DNA of 64,000 bases from an uncultured Armatimonadia bacterium (GTDB lineage: Bacteria > Armatimonadota > Zipacnadia > CAVVLO01), in assembly GCA_963749155.1 (NCBI GenBank), contig CAVVLO010000003.1, positions 480,001-544,000 on the forward strand, read 5' to 3'. Positions 1-11,128 of this stretch are shown here, one piece after another (position 1 is the first letter of the stretch; the number at the start of each line of letters is the position of its first letter). Under the pieces are notes generated by a model. It saw nothing but the letters and a program-made list of their open reading frames with translations, made no database searches and had not been told where the DNA came from. A program made the position numbers and the translations under genes.

Positions 1-1114
1 CGAGGAAGGGCGGGTCGAAAGCGAACCGGCGCGCCATACCGCCTGCCACCAGCCGGGGCACTGCGCTAACCCAGACACCCTCGGCATTCAGTCTGAAGTC
101 GATAAGCAGTCCAACGTCGACTATATTTGTAGCGTGAGGGGGCTGACCGGGATTGATCGAGGGCAGGCCGATACCTTGCCCCTGCAGCTGTGGAAAGCGA
201 TAGTCCACGGCGAAGGAAAGCTCCGGCACAGCAAGCGATTCGGCCTCTCCCAGTTCGCGCGCATCGGCGGACTGGGGTTGCCAGCCCTCAGCCAACTGGA
301 GTGCCCGGTCGACGGTCTGCTCGAGTGTGGCGCCCGGATGCACCCGGCAGACCAACACCTGGCTAGGTTGGCTCCCCTTGTCCAGGTCGAGGATAAACTC
401 GGCCGTTTCGGGGAAGACTGGGGAGGGGAGCCTGCCAAGCCCTTCCTCTTCGCTGCAGTAGAGTACCTCGACCTGGCGCCTGGACTTGACCTGGCGATCT
501 TGCTCGGGCACGCCAAACGAAGCGACTAGTGGCGCTTCTTTTGTTGCGCCAAATTTGCAGTGTGCCGGGTCCTGCTCGAAGGGCTCGGAGAACACGACAC
601 TGGCCCTGAGGCCGACATATGTGACGACTTCTTCAGGTTTCCAGTCGCGTTTGATGGGGAACGGCACAGCATCAGGGAAGAGCCTCGCATATTCGGCTTC
701 CACCTGTTTCTGGGCGCCAGAAGCCACATCTCCTGCAACCGCAAAATACTGCCCCTCTGGCAGAGGCACTGGCTGCTCGGATTCGTGATTCAACCGAGCG
801 GCCAGGTCAGGTGTGGAGGGCAGCTCGATTGGCTTGCCCCCGTATAGAGCGCGCAGGTTGGCCCAGGCGCGGTCGAAGCCGCCGCACCAGACGAGGTTGT
901 CGCCCGCGGGTGCAGGGGTATCCAGAGTTGGCAATATGGTCGTGGCCGGCAGTTCCTTTACAACCCCGTTGAAAATTGGCGGACCGGGCGGTGCAAGTTG
1001 CCGCTTGGTATCGAAGGACTGAGTAATAACTCGGTGCGAGTTGGAGTTGTGCCACCAGGCAACTGCTACCACCAGTAACCCAAACAGCAGTGCCACCACC
1101 AAAGCTCGTTTCAT
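1..1114 (-). CDS. Serpin-like membrane-anchored protein, paralog 1 (3' end runs off the window; not in the ORF track)
   Basis: Manual translation from ATG at 1114 is open to the window edge: MKRALVVALLFGLLVVAVAWW...GDNLVWCGGFDRAW...LAVPELSFAVD...IDFRLNAEGVWVSAVPRLVAGGMARRFAFDPPFL. Motifs are colinear with the two neighbouring paralogs. Confidence 0.75.
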   Translation of the reverse strand, partial: MKRALVVALLFGLLVVAVAWWHNSNSHRVITQSFDTKRQLAPPGPPIFNGVVKELPATTILPTLDTPAPAGDNLVWCGGFDRAWANLRALYGGKPIELPSTPDLAARLNHESEQPVPLPEGQYFAVAGDVASGAQKQVEAEYARLFPDAVPFPIKRDWKPEEVVTYVGLRASVVFSEPFEQDPAHCKFGATKEAPLVASFGVPEQDRQVKSRRQVEVLYCSEEEGLGRLPSPVFPETAEFILDLDKGSQPSQVLVCRVHPGATLEQTVDRALQLAEGWQPQSADARELGEAESLAVPELSFAVDYRFPQLQGQGIGLPSINPGQPPHATNIVDVGLLIDFRLNAEGVWVSAVPRLVAGGMARRFAFDPPFL

Positions 1115-1119
1115 TTCGT

Positions 1120-2394
1120 TCACCTCTTCTTCATCAGTTCGACGTTGGCGACCCACATCAGGAAGAAAGGATCATCTACATCCCGCTGCTTGAGGGCGAT
1201 CAAGAAGGGTTGGTCGAAGGTGAAATGCCGGGGACTACAGAGGGGATACATCCCAGCCGTGGACTCTACCAGGGCTCCGCTTGCAGTGAGACTGAAGCCC
1301 ACCTGCTGGTAGAGGTAATAAGGATTCACTTCCCATTCTGGCTTGCCAGGAGTGCTGAGCCTTGCCACCAGCAGCTGGTCCAACTGGAAGGAGAGCACCG
1401 GCACAGCAAGAGTATCGGTCGGGCTGAGTTCGTAATACTCCCTGTGCTTACGCTCTGGCCAATGGCTTGTGAGGTCGCTCACATGGCGCCACGTGGCTTC
1501 AAGGGTTGCCTGGGGTTTTACCTGGGCCAGGATGACCTGAATTGCTGGATTATCCGCAGCCAGATCAAGGACAAACTCCACCTCCTGTCCTCCTGGCGGA
1601 GTAGGCCCCATCAGGTCGGACTGCAGCACTCGCACATGCCTGCGCACCTCGGGTTGAGTTGATGCTGTCTCGTTATCAATCCCGAAACAAGACACCTGAC
1701 TCGGCTTGCCGTCCACCCCTGGGAAGAGGAGTTCCCTTGGTTCTTCCTTGAAGGCGGGGCTGAAGACGGCCCCTCCTCGAAGGTAAGCAAGCGAGAGGAA
1801 GCCTTGCAGCGTTGGATCGTAACCTGGCAACTTGGGCTCTGACGCGTCAGGGAATTTCGCCTGCAGTTCCTTTGTCAACCTGGGCAGCAACGCCGGATCG
1901 GGTAACTCTCCGAAACCGGTGTAGAACCAGTCGGCGGGCAGACTGCCCCTGGCAAGCGGCTCAGAGTTGAGTTGAGCAGTGAGCTCCGGGTCGTTTTGGA
2001 TGGCCAGCGTGCCGGCGCCGAGTTGGGTTTGAGTCTTCTGCCAGGCCAGATCAAAAGCGGCCGACCAGACCACGTTCTTGCCTGGAGCCAGCTCTTTCTG
2101 CAGTGTCAGGGCAAGTTCGGTCGCCTGAAGCTCCGTCACCGAACCATCGTATACAAAGTCATCAGGACGAGGAGGGACTTCGGGCTTGGCAGTGTGAGAC
2201 TGCCAGGCAAAGCTCAAAGCGCCCAGGCGCCTGCTCACGGCATCAGCAGTATTGCGCTGCATGCGCTCAATCCGTCCAAGTAACGGTGAGTGCCTGCGCG
2301 CGCGCGGCCAGTTCCACTGCAGCGCCCCATAAAGCACGACCAGGGCAAAGCTAGGAATAATTACGAACAAAAGCCAGCGGCGCATCTCTCTCAC
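1120..2394 (-). CDS. Serpin-like membrane-anchored protein, paralog 2
   Basis: 424 aa ORF with N-terminal TM. KNVVWS, LAYLRGGAVFSPAF, LAVPVLSF, QQVGFSLTASG and FTFDQPFLIAL...PFFLMWVAN occur in the order and spacing of serpin core motifs. Confidence 0.7.
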   Translation of the reverse strand: MREMRRWLLFVIIPSFALVVLYGALQWNWPRARRHSPLLGRIERMQRNTADAVSRRLGALSFAWQSHTAKPEVPPRPDDFVYDGSVTELQATELALTLQKELAPGKNVVWSAAFDLAWQKTQTQLGAGTLAIQNDPELTAQLNSEPLARGSLPADWFYTGFGELPDPALLPRLTKELQAKFPDASEPKLPGYDPTLQGFLSLAYLRGGAVFSPAFKEEPRELLFPGVDGKPSQVSCFGIDNETASTQPEVRRHVRVLQSDLMGPTPPGGQEVEFVLDLAADNPAIQVILAQVKPQATLEATWRHVSDLTSHWPERKHREYYELSPTDTLAVPVLSFQLDQLLVARLSTPGKPEWEVNPYYLYQQVGFSLTASGALVESTAGMYPLCSPRHFTFDQPFLIALKQRDVDDPFFLMWVANVELMKKR

Positions 2395-3551
2395 CTTTTC
2401 CTCATCAGTTCAGCGTTGGCGACCCACATCAGGAAGAAAGGCTCCTCGGCCGCCCGCAACTTCATTGCAATGAGGAAAGGCCGGTCGAAGGTGAAATGGC
2501 GAGGACCGCAGGGGGGCGAGGGCGCAGGTGCTGCGGGGGCACAGGACGCGAAAGATTCGACCAGCGCGCCTCCCTCTGTCAGGCTGAAATTGATCTGCTG
2601 TTTGACCAGGTAAGGGTAGCCGTCCCACTCGGGTTTGTCGGGAATCCGAAGTGTCGCCATGAGTAGCTGGTTCAGAGCAAAGCCGACCACGGGCACGGCT
2701 AACGTGTCGCGTGGTCCCAGTTCGGTCCATGCAGGATCCTCACCATGCTCCCAACCCCTGGCCAGTTCGTTGGCTTTCCGCCAGGTGGCCTCGAGGCTCT
2801 CTGCCGGCTCGAGCTGCGCAAGTACCACTTCGAGCCTGGGATTAAACGCAGCCAGATCAACCACCAGTTCGGGGATTACTCCGGCTGGCTCTGGGTCTCC
2901 CTGCAGGTTGGTTGCCAGCACCCTTACATGATGAGAGGCGTATCCGGTTTCTTCGTTCACGCCAAAACAGGTGACAGGCCTGAGATTGCCGTCAATTGCA
3001 GGGAAAACAAGCTTCTCTGGATCCTTGTCATATGGCGGATCGAATACCGTCCCACCGCGCAGATAAGCCAGCGAGATGAAGCCCGGCAACGTGGGATCGC
3101 CTGGCAGGTCAATCTCACATGCATCCGGGAACTTCACTTTCAACTCGGATATCAGACGCGCGGGTAGCCCCGGATCGGGTGTCTCACCGAAGCCGACGTA
3201 GTACCACTCTTCCGGCAGCATCTTCCTGGCCGAAGGAGCGGAGTCGAGTTGCTGGCCAAGGGCCTCACTACCGACGATATCGAGCTTGGCGGTTTGGAGG
3301 CGCTCTTTGGCTTCTTGCCAGGCCATCACCACTGTGGAACACCAGACGGCGCTCTTGTCCGGCGCGAGCGGAGAATCGGCGCTGAAGACTACTTCTGTGC
3401 CCTTAAGTCCATCTGCCTGCCCGTTGAAGACGAACTCGCTGGGCGGTGGTGGGACACCAAGAGGGGTCGTTGTGACGGGTTCTTTTCCGCATGAGGAGAC
3501 CAGCAGGGCAAGGAGCAGGCCTGCGGCCAGTGTGAGCAAGACGCGTAGCAT
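2391..3551 (-). CDS. Serpin-like lipoprotein, paralog 3
   Basis: 386 aa ORF with lipobox LVSSC, the same motif series and C-terminal FTFDRPFLIAMK...PFFLMWVAN. Overlaps paralog 2 by 4 bp. Confidence 0.7.
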   Translation of the reverse strand: MLRVLLTLAAGLLLALLVSSCGKEPVTTTPLGVPPPPSEFVFNGQADGLKGTEVVFSADSPLAPDKSAVWCSTVVMAWQEAKERLQTAKLDIVGSEALGQQLDSAPSARKMLPEEWYYVGFGETPDPGLPARLISELKVKFPDACEIDLPGDPTLPGFISLAYLRGGTVFDPPYDKDPEKLVFPAIDGNLRPVTCFGVNEETGYASHHVRVLATNLQGDPEPAGVIPELVVDLAAFNPRLEVVLAQLEPAESLEATWRKANELARGWEHGEDPAWTELGPRDTLAVPVVGFALNQLLMATLRIPDKPEWDGYPYLVKQQINFSLTEGGALVESFASCAPAAPAPSPPCGPRHFTFDRPFLIAMKLRAAEEPFFLMWVANAELMRKR

Positions 3552-3676
3552 AGTTGCTTCCCCCAGGAAACGGCTTCGCGAGGCTCTCCTTCGCTAAGAC
3601 TGATAAAAGCAGCTTTTTGTTCCCAAGTTTGCAAACAAAGCTAATTCTGACTGGATTGGTAAACAAACCGGAGGCG

Positions 3677-6600
3677 CTACCCTCCAGGCGCCACCTCGGT
3701 CAGCTCGCAGTCATCCCAGGAAATATGCCCCTCGTCATAGGGCCCTCGGATGCGGTTATCCAAAAGGAAACGCACCTGGGTCGTGGTCGCCGTGGTGGTG
3801 AAGGTCAGCTCCAGCCTCAGCCACTGGCCTGCCTCGGTCAGGCTCTGTGGGGGATGGTCGAACCAGCAGCTTGCCCTGCGCAGCAGTATTCCTGCACGAT
3901 GAGGGACGCCGCATCGCCAGACGTCTGACCAAATCCCTTGCCGTGGAGGTCTGTCCCCTTCACCCAGGCCGAGGCGCGATACCTTGTGGAGGGCTTCACC
4001 TGGGCATCCTGCCAGACCAGCGTGTGGCCGTCGTGCTGGGTGTGAGTGCGCAGTCCGTGGGCGCCTGAATGGAACTCGGGCAGGCCCCAGTCGGGATGGA
4101 TGTCATAGCCCGCTTCATCCCAGATATAGCTCTCGCTGGCGCTGGCGAAGAGATAAGTCCAACCTGCGGCGCTGCCCTTGTCACCTTGCTTGCCAAGCAC
4201 CTGAGGGGCGCCCTGTTCAAAGCCCGGATTGGCGAGCAGATTGCCAGCAGAAGCCTGCGGCAAATCCAGGACTACCGGTGTTGCGCCTTCTCCGCCGGTC
4301 CCAGGACCGACTTCGATGGCCTGCACCAGCGCTTCCTTGCCGCCCCGCCCTGTGCAACGTATCGCAATCACGCCGTGCTCCGCCGGTATGCCGTCGAAAA
4401 CAAGGTCTGCCGCGCGGAAGAACCCGCCCGCGGTCGCGGCGATGTCGAGGTCGGCGACGACCTGCTGCCCGTTCAGATAGATGTCGAAGGCCCGCTGCTG
4501 CGCAGGCAGCTCATACCGCGTCTCACAGAACTTGAGCCTCACGTGGTAGCGGCCTGGCGCCACTGTGAAGTAGGCTGTGAAGTCCCTTCCGTGAGCGCCA
4601 TACCGGTAGAGTTCGTCCTCGTCGGTGCCGATAACGTCGTGCTGGCGACGGTCGGTCCACCAGGTCTCCTCCACCGCGTCCTTGAGGAAGCCAAGCCGTA
4701 CGATCCACTCGGTCGCGGGACGCCAGGCGTTGCCCTCGGCGTCCATGTAGTCAGTGTCACGGGGATAACCGAAAATCCAGCGCTGCGCCTCGCGCGGCCC
4801 ACCGCCTGCCCCCGTCCAGGCGCGGCCTGTTTCGGCCGACCACTGAGCGCCTGTCAGGCTTACCAAAGCGCCGGCAGAACGCGGGTTGCCCTCTCCGCGC
4901 GCCACCAGCCGCAGGTTGTGCTGGCCCTCTGAGAGGCCATTTTGGTAATACAGCACCTGGCCCAAGCGCTCAACTGGGCTCCAACAGTCCACGAAAACGA
5001 GCTGTTTTTGGCCGTCCAGATAAACCTCCGCCAAGCCGCCCTCAGGCCCAAAATCGCCAAGCAGCCTTACCTGGTTGCCAGTGAAGCTGAGTGTCGCGCT
5101 GGCGCCCGCCTGCCCCTCCTCCCAGTCGCCTTCGAAGCTGAAGGCTTCAAGGTTCGCCTGCTGCTGCGGATCCGGCCCTTCGATGACGACCTTCCTTTGG
5201 CCGTCATGCCGCACCGTAACCAGCCAGTCGCCGCCAGGAAGCGCCCGCACAGAGTAGCCCTTGCCCTCAAGCTTCTCTCTCAGCGGAAGCGCCTTGCCAC
5301 CAGCTACCAGGCGCGTTGGACAGAAAGCAAGCCGCAGTGTCTCGGTCGTGCCCTTCGGCGCATCGAAGGTCTCGATACTCGATCCGGCCTGCGCCATAGT
5401 GCAAGGTCGCGCACGACCGCGGTGGAATTCATAATATGGTTCTCGCGCGCCGCCCCAAGCTCCGGCGCCCAGGCCAGTGTGCCCAGCACATGCTTCAACG
5501 CCATCGGATGGGCTATCTTGAACCACGCGCCGGCGACGATGAAGCCGCCGTCGATATTGTCCTCCACCACGCCTGTCGGCAGCACGTCATAGGTGGCCAG
5601 CAGTTGCATCCGCCGCCCAGCTCGCGGCCCCACTCGCTATCGGCGCGCGCGCCATACTCGGAGAAGACCATCGCAAGCTCCATCGGCCCGTACCAGAGCG
5701 ACCTTCCACAGCACCCCGACGACTCGGGGAAGGCCCAGGCGCCGCTGAAGACATCCCCGTTGCTGCCCTCGAAGACGCTGGTGCGGTTGATGAACAGTGA
5801 AAGCACGTTGCGTGTCTGGGTCTGCCAGTCCGGAAACTCCTCCGGATGGCGCATCAGATAGCGCGCAACGAACTCGGTGACGTTCTCGGCCATCACATAA
5901 TCAGGCCAGTCCCAGTAGTTGCGCCCCCAGGTCTGGTCCTCCAACCAGCGGGGGAGTAACTCATCGCGCAGCCAGGCCACCCCTGCGTCGCGGGCTCGAT
6001 TGAGGCCGCCGGTTTCGCCCTTGTAACCAAGTCGTAGCAGCTCGTCGTAGAACTCCAGTATGAAGACGATCCCACCCGTCTGGATGTCTGGCCAGGGGGC
6101 ATCTTCAGGATTCGCATAGCGCCCGAAAGGAGGCATCCCGGGGCGCAAGTCCTGATGCTGCACAAGCAGGTCGGCCCAGTGCCGGGCGGCTTCAAGCCAG
6201 CGCTGCTCCCCCACTACTTCATAAGCGCGCACAAGCCCCAGACCCACCTCGGCAACGATATCAAGCTGGATGAAGCCCTTTGGATTGGCCTTCCCATAGG
6301 GTTCGCCCTCTTTTGGCACCGATACGAGGAAGCGCGGCCAGGGGTGATCGTCGGGGGTGAGTTCCCAATCCAGCAGCGCATCGGCCATCAGGCTCATCCC
6401 CGCAATTGCCGCCGCATCGCCCGTATACCGGTAATAATCCACATAACCTGAGAGGATATAAGCTGCCCGCTGGCCAAGGTCGCCGTTGTCCCAGTTGGCG
6501 AAGGGGGGCGTCGAGATGGTCCCCTCCTCCGAGATAGCCCAGTGACCGCTGTAAACCCAATGCGGCGCGGGGTTCACCGCGAAGCTGGCATCAGTCCAGG

Positions 6601-6793
6601 GGTAGCGTTTGAGCGTCTCAGCTGCGATGCGCACTCTCAGATCGAATTGACCATTCTGCCCTTGATACCACGGGGCGATCACACCATACCGGTCCAGCTG
6701 CTTCTCGTGGGCATAATAACGAGATTGTTCGACAGCAAAAGTCAGCGAACCGAATAGCAACAATAAGGTGAACAACCCGAGAAAAATCTTCAT
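3677..6793 (-). CDS. Large secreted carbohydrate-active protein (alpha-helical putative catalytic N-terminus, malectin domain, CBM4/9-like C-terminus), split by several frameshifts
   Basis: Signal peptide MKIFLGLFTLLLLFGSLTFA. ORF pieces 5513-6802, 5304-5633 and 3838-5526 join into one protein. Malectin-like GRYHVRLKFCE...RAFDIYLNGQQVVADLDI and CBM-like NLLANPGFE; the tail reads ...WDDCELTEVAPGG* at 3677. Confidence 0.6.
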
Positions 6794-6908
6794 TTCGACC
6801 ACCTCCGCCTGGCTTCAAGGGTTCGTGTTGTCTGGGAGCTAACCTGCCGGAGGAAGGTGCCCCTCTGACTCGAACTGGATTCATATCAAGGACTCAGGAG
6901 GCCTTCTT

Positions 6909-9900
6909 ATGAGGCTTTTGGCCCTCTTGCTACTCTTTGCATGTGCTCTTTTTGCTCATGCGGCGCGTCCTGGCGCCCCCCGTAACCTGCGCTCGGAGTA
7001 TCTCACCAACCCGCTGGCTGTGCAGACCACGGTCCCGCGCCTCTCCTGGGAAGTTAACGACAGCCGCCGAGGTGCCGTTCAGGGGGCTTACAGGGTGCTT
7101 GTGGCCTCTTCCCCGGAGCGTCTTGCTGAGGGTCAGGCTGACCTTTGGGACAGCGGCCTTGTTGCTGTCCGATGAGACTTGCCAAATCGCCTATGAAGGC
7201 GCCCTTCTCACCTCTCGGCAGCCCTGTTGGTGGAAGGTCCGTACCTATGATGTCGAAGGAGAGCCCTCTCCCTACAGTAAACCAGCTTTCTTCGCCATCG
7301 GCCTGCTTGCGCCGGAAGACTGGAGTGCCCATTGGATAAGCGATCCCGAGCAGCCGACCTCCAACACCGCAAGACCTCATAATGGCTATCATAGCGCGCT
7401 TTCCGACTCACCTGCCGAGGGAAAATGGGTGACCGTCGATTTAGGGCAGGCTGGGTCTTTTGATGCCATCCGGCTCTTCCCCGCGCGCCCTTATGACTGG
7501 AACGGCAAGGTGGACGGCTTCCTCTTCCCGGTTCGATACCGCCTCGAAGCCTCTGACACCGAGGATTTCGCCCATCCGGTGGTCCTTGTTGACCGAGCCA
7601 GCGAAGATCAATCGGCCGCGTCTGAACCAGTTTTTGCGAGCTTCTCCGAGGTCACCGCGCGCTATGTGAGGCTGGTCGCTACCAAGTTGCGCAACCGGGG
7701 AGATGGCAAATTCGCCCTTGCCCTGGCCGAGTTGCAAGTGCTGAAAGGCGAAGAGGTGCTCTCGAAGGGCGTTAGGGTCTTTGCAAAAGATGCAATCGAA
7801 AACGAGGCCTGGGGCGTTGAGAGGCTGGTAGACGATGACCTTACCGGCCATCCAGGAGGCGTAGCTGCGCCTTTGGCGCCTCCGGTGCTGCGGAAGGGCT
7901 TCGCCCTCTCGGCGCCCATCCGGAAGGCAAGCCTTTATGTATCCGCCCTTGGCCTTTACGAGGCGCAACTGAATGGCCAGCCTGTCGGCGACCAGCAACT
8001 GGCACCAGAATGGACTGACTACACGAAACGCGTGATGTATCAGGTCTATGACGTTACCGACCTGTTGCAGGAAGGCAACAACTGTCTGGCTGCCCAGCTT
8101 GGAGATGGCTGGTGGGCAGGGCGCATCGGGATGGCGCCACCTCCCGGACGCTTCGTATACGGAGACCGGCCCTGGCTGCTCGCTCAGCTTGAGGTAGAGC
8201 TTGCAGATGGCTCCACCGCGCGCATCGTGACCGATGACACCTGGCGCTCCACACGCGAAGGGCCAGTCCGAATCGCTGACCTGCTGGACGGGATGTTCTA
8301 CGATGCCAACCTGGAACTGTCAGGTTACGGTCTGCCAGGCTACGATGACACTACCTGGAACAAGGCAGAATTGGGCGACTTCCCTGCCATCGCGCTGTTT
8401 GCGCAGTCGGATGAGCCAATGCGGGTTAAAGAGCGGCGAGTTGCCCTCTCTGTAACCGAGCCGCAACCGGGCATTTTCGTTTTCGATATGGGTCAGAACC
8501 TGGTAGGTCACGCGCTTGTAAAAATTGTAGGCCCAACGACCGGTGAAGTTGTCCTCCAACATGCCGAAGCGGTCAACGAGGATGGCACCGTTTACACTGC
8601 CAATCTGCGCGGCGCGCCCCAACGAGATGTTTTCCTTCCCGGCGCCGCTACCGAGCAGGTGTTTGCGCCAACCCTCACCTCGCACGGGTTCCGTTACGTG
8701 CAGGTAACAGGGCTGCTCTATCAACCTGAGGCAGCCGACCTCGAGGCGCGTGTTATCCACACCTCCGCGCCCGAGGTGGGCAGTTTCGAGTGCAGCAATC
8801 CGAAGCTCAACCGGTTGTGGGAGAACATCCTCTGGACCCAGCGCGGCAACCTGACGGGAATCCCGACCGACTGCCCCCAGCGTGACGAACGCCTCGGTTG
8901 GATGGGCGATATCCAGGCTTTCGGCCAGACTGCCTGCTTCAATATGGATATGGCCGCCTTCCTCACCAAGTTCACCCAGGATATGCGCGACGGTCAGAAT
9001 CCAGATGGCGCTTTTGCCGATGTCTCCCCGCGAGTGCCCTATCTGCCCGGGCCAGGCGCTCCCGCCTGGGGCGATGCGGGGGTCATCCTTCCCTGGCGCG
9101 CGTGGCAGAATTATGCGGATGATCGCCTGCTCGCTCAGCATTTCGATGCAGCACGGCGCTGGGTGGACCGGGTGGACGAACTCAACCCGAACCACCTCTG
9201 GCTGGAGGGGCGCGGCGCCGACTATAACGACTGGCTGAACGGCAACTGGGTCATCGCCGAGGGCTGGCCGAGCGAGGGCGGCGAGGTCCCTCGAGAGGTC
9301 TTTGCAACTGCCTTCTTCGCCCATTCGACCGACCTCGTGGCGCGGATGGCGGACGTGCTTGGGCGCAAGGAGGACGCCAACTCTTACCATGCCCTCTTTG
9401 AAGCCATCCGGAAGGCGTTCAATGACGAATTCGTGGACGAAGATGGGCGTATCCAGGGTGATACCCAGGCCGGTTACGCGCTGGCCCTCGACTTCGGACT
9501 GCTCTCCCCCGAACGCGAGCAGCAGGCCGTCACCCACCTGCTGGCGGGTCTGGAACGTTATGGCTGGCACTGCTCGACAGGCATCGAGGCGACTCACAGG
9601 CTGCTACTGGCCCTCTCGCACCTCGGCAGGTCGGACGTCGTCTGGCGCCTGGTGACGGATGAAAGCTTCCCAGGCTGGCTGTATATGGTGGATCAGGGGG
9701 CGACGACCATCTGGGAGCGCTGGGATGGCTATGTTAAGGGCCGCGGCTTCCAAAATCCGGGGATGAACAGCCTCAACCACTGGGCCTTTGGCGCGGTCGG
9801 CGAATGGTTATATGCCTGGGCACTGGGCCTGCAACTCGACGAGGCGAACCCAGGCTGGAAGCACTTCACCGTGCGCCCCCAACCTGGCGGGGGACTCGAT

Positions 9901-10161
9901 TGGGCGCGCGGCAGTTATCGCTCTATCAGAGGTGAGATCACCGTCGGTTGGCGGCTTAGTGGAGAGGAGCTGGCTCTGTCGGTTACTATCCCTGCCAACA
10001 CGACCGCCACGCTCTGGATGCCAACGAGCGACCCCTCTTCAGTGCGCGAGGGCGGCCAACCACTGACCGAAGTCGAAGGAATCTCGAATATCACCGAGCA
10101 ACCAGGCGCCTTGGTGCTAGAGGTTGGCGCGGGCAGTTATCAATTCACTGCGCAGCGTTAG
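6909..10161 (+). CDS. Alpha-L-rhamnosidase (GH78) with F5/8-type (discoidin-like) insert; one frameshift near 7170
   Basis: Signal peptide plus LRSEYLTNPL...PRLSW in 6909-7175, continuing in 6937-10161. GH78 motifs PTDCPQRDERLGWMGD, GATTIWERWD, MNSLNH. Confidence 0.92.
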
Positions 10162-11128
10162 GGGCGACAGTAAAATCGGCGACGACCATCCGGTGGTCAC
10201 TCGATGGAAGCTCGACTGCCGTACAGTTGACAGGCTCAAGGGCTTTGCTTGCCCAGATGGCATCGATCCGGTGCACTGGGAAATCGGAGATGATTGTGTC
10301 GCCCCAGCCCCGGCCAGCGACGGCGAAGGCGTCCTGTAAACCCTCTGGCATCAGGCGGAAGATAGCATCTCTGGCAGGTGCATTGAAGTCGCCGCCTATG
10401 ATGAGAGAGGCGCTGGCTGGCCTTACCGCTGGAAGTTCAAGTGGCAACTCAAGCTGCTTTCTGCGCCCGCGCCGGCTTCTCAACTGGTCGCGCCAGCAAA
10501 AAGGATTCCATAAGTCAAACCGATAAGTCGCCGGAAAGAGCCGCAGGCTGATGACCTCGAGCCTCTGCCCCTCCGGCAGGATTACCAGGCAGCGCACGCT
10601 GTAGGTCTGCTCAAGCCCAGCCTGCAGCAATTGCTCGATTTTCCCGCGTCCCATCACCGAGGCATCTGGGCCACAGACAACCTCCAGGCCCCGTGCTGCA
10701 GCGAGCTGTTCGAGCTCCTCTCGGCCAGGGCTTTCCTGAATCAGCAGCACATCTGGTTGCTGCTCCAGCGCCTCCTCTATAACATCGAGATTACCCCCTG
10801 CGCAGTTTATGGTTATGATCCTGAGAGATGCACCAGCAGGTGGCCGGCTCAGCGTCCGCAGAAGTCCTGGCAGCTCATCAACCGAGACCAGACAGAAGCC
10901 CAGCCAGGCCACCAGCCCGACCAGGGCAACATGCCAGCTCGCGGAGCGCCACCACAGGTACAGGCTGCCGAATCCGAGAAGGGGCCAGAGCCAGGCAGGG
11001 AAGATCGTCAGCGCCGCCGCCCAGTCGGGCTGAAACCAGTAGATAGCACCAAGCCCAAGGGCAGGCGTCAGAATCACAACGAAGGCAAGAGCTGAAGGCC
11101 CAGCTTGCGATTTGCCTTCTTCGCTCAT
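10145..11128 (-). CDS. Endonuclease/exonuclease/phosphatase family membrane protein
   Basis: Three N-terminal TM segments; LIQE, GGDFN, RIDAI and SDH motifs. Confidence 0.85.
   Translation of the reverse strand: MSEEGKSQAGPSALAFVVILTPALGLGAIYWFQPDWAAALTIFPAWLWPLLGFGSLYLWWRSASWHVALVGLVAWLGFCLVSVDELPGLLRTLSRPPAGASLRIITINCAGGNLDVIEEALEQQPDVLLIQESPGREELEQLAAARGLEVVCGPDASVMGRGKIEQLLQAGLEQTYSVRCLVILPEGQRLEVISLRLFPATYRFDLWNPFCWRDQLRSRRGRRKQLELPLELPAVRPASASLIIGGDFNAPARDAIFRLMPEGLQDAFAVAGRGWGDTIISDFPVHRIDAIWASKALEPVNCTAVELPSSDHRMVVADFTVAPNAAQ

Noticed and set aside
121..1055. Short ORFs listed in the track at the left edge
   Set aside because: Explained by the continuous minus-strand serpin-like frame 1114 to <1.
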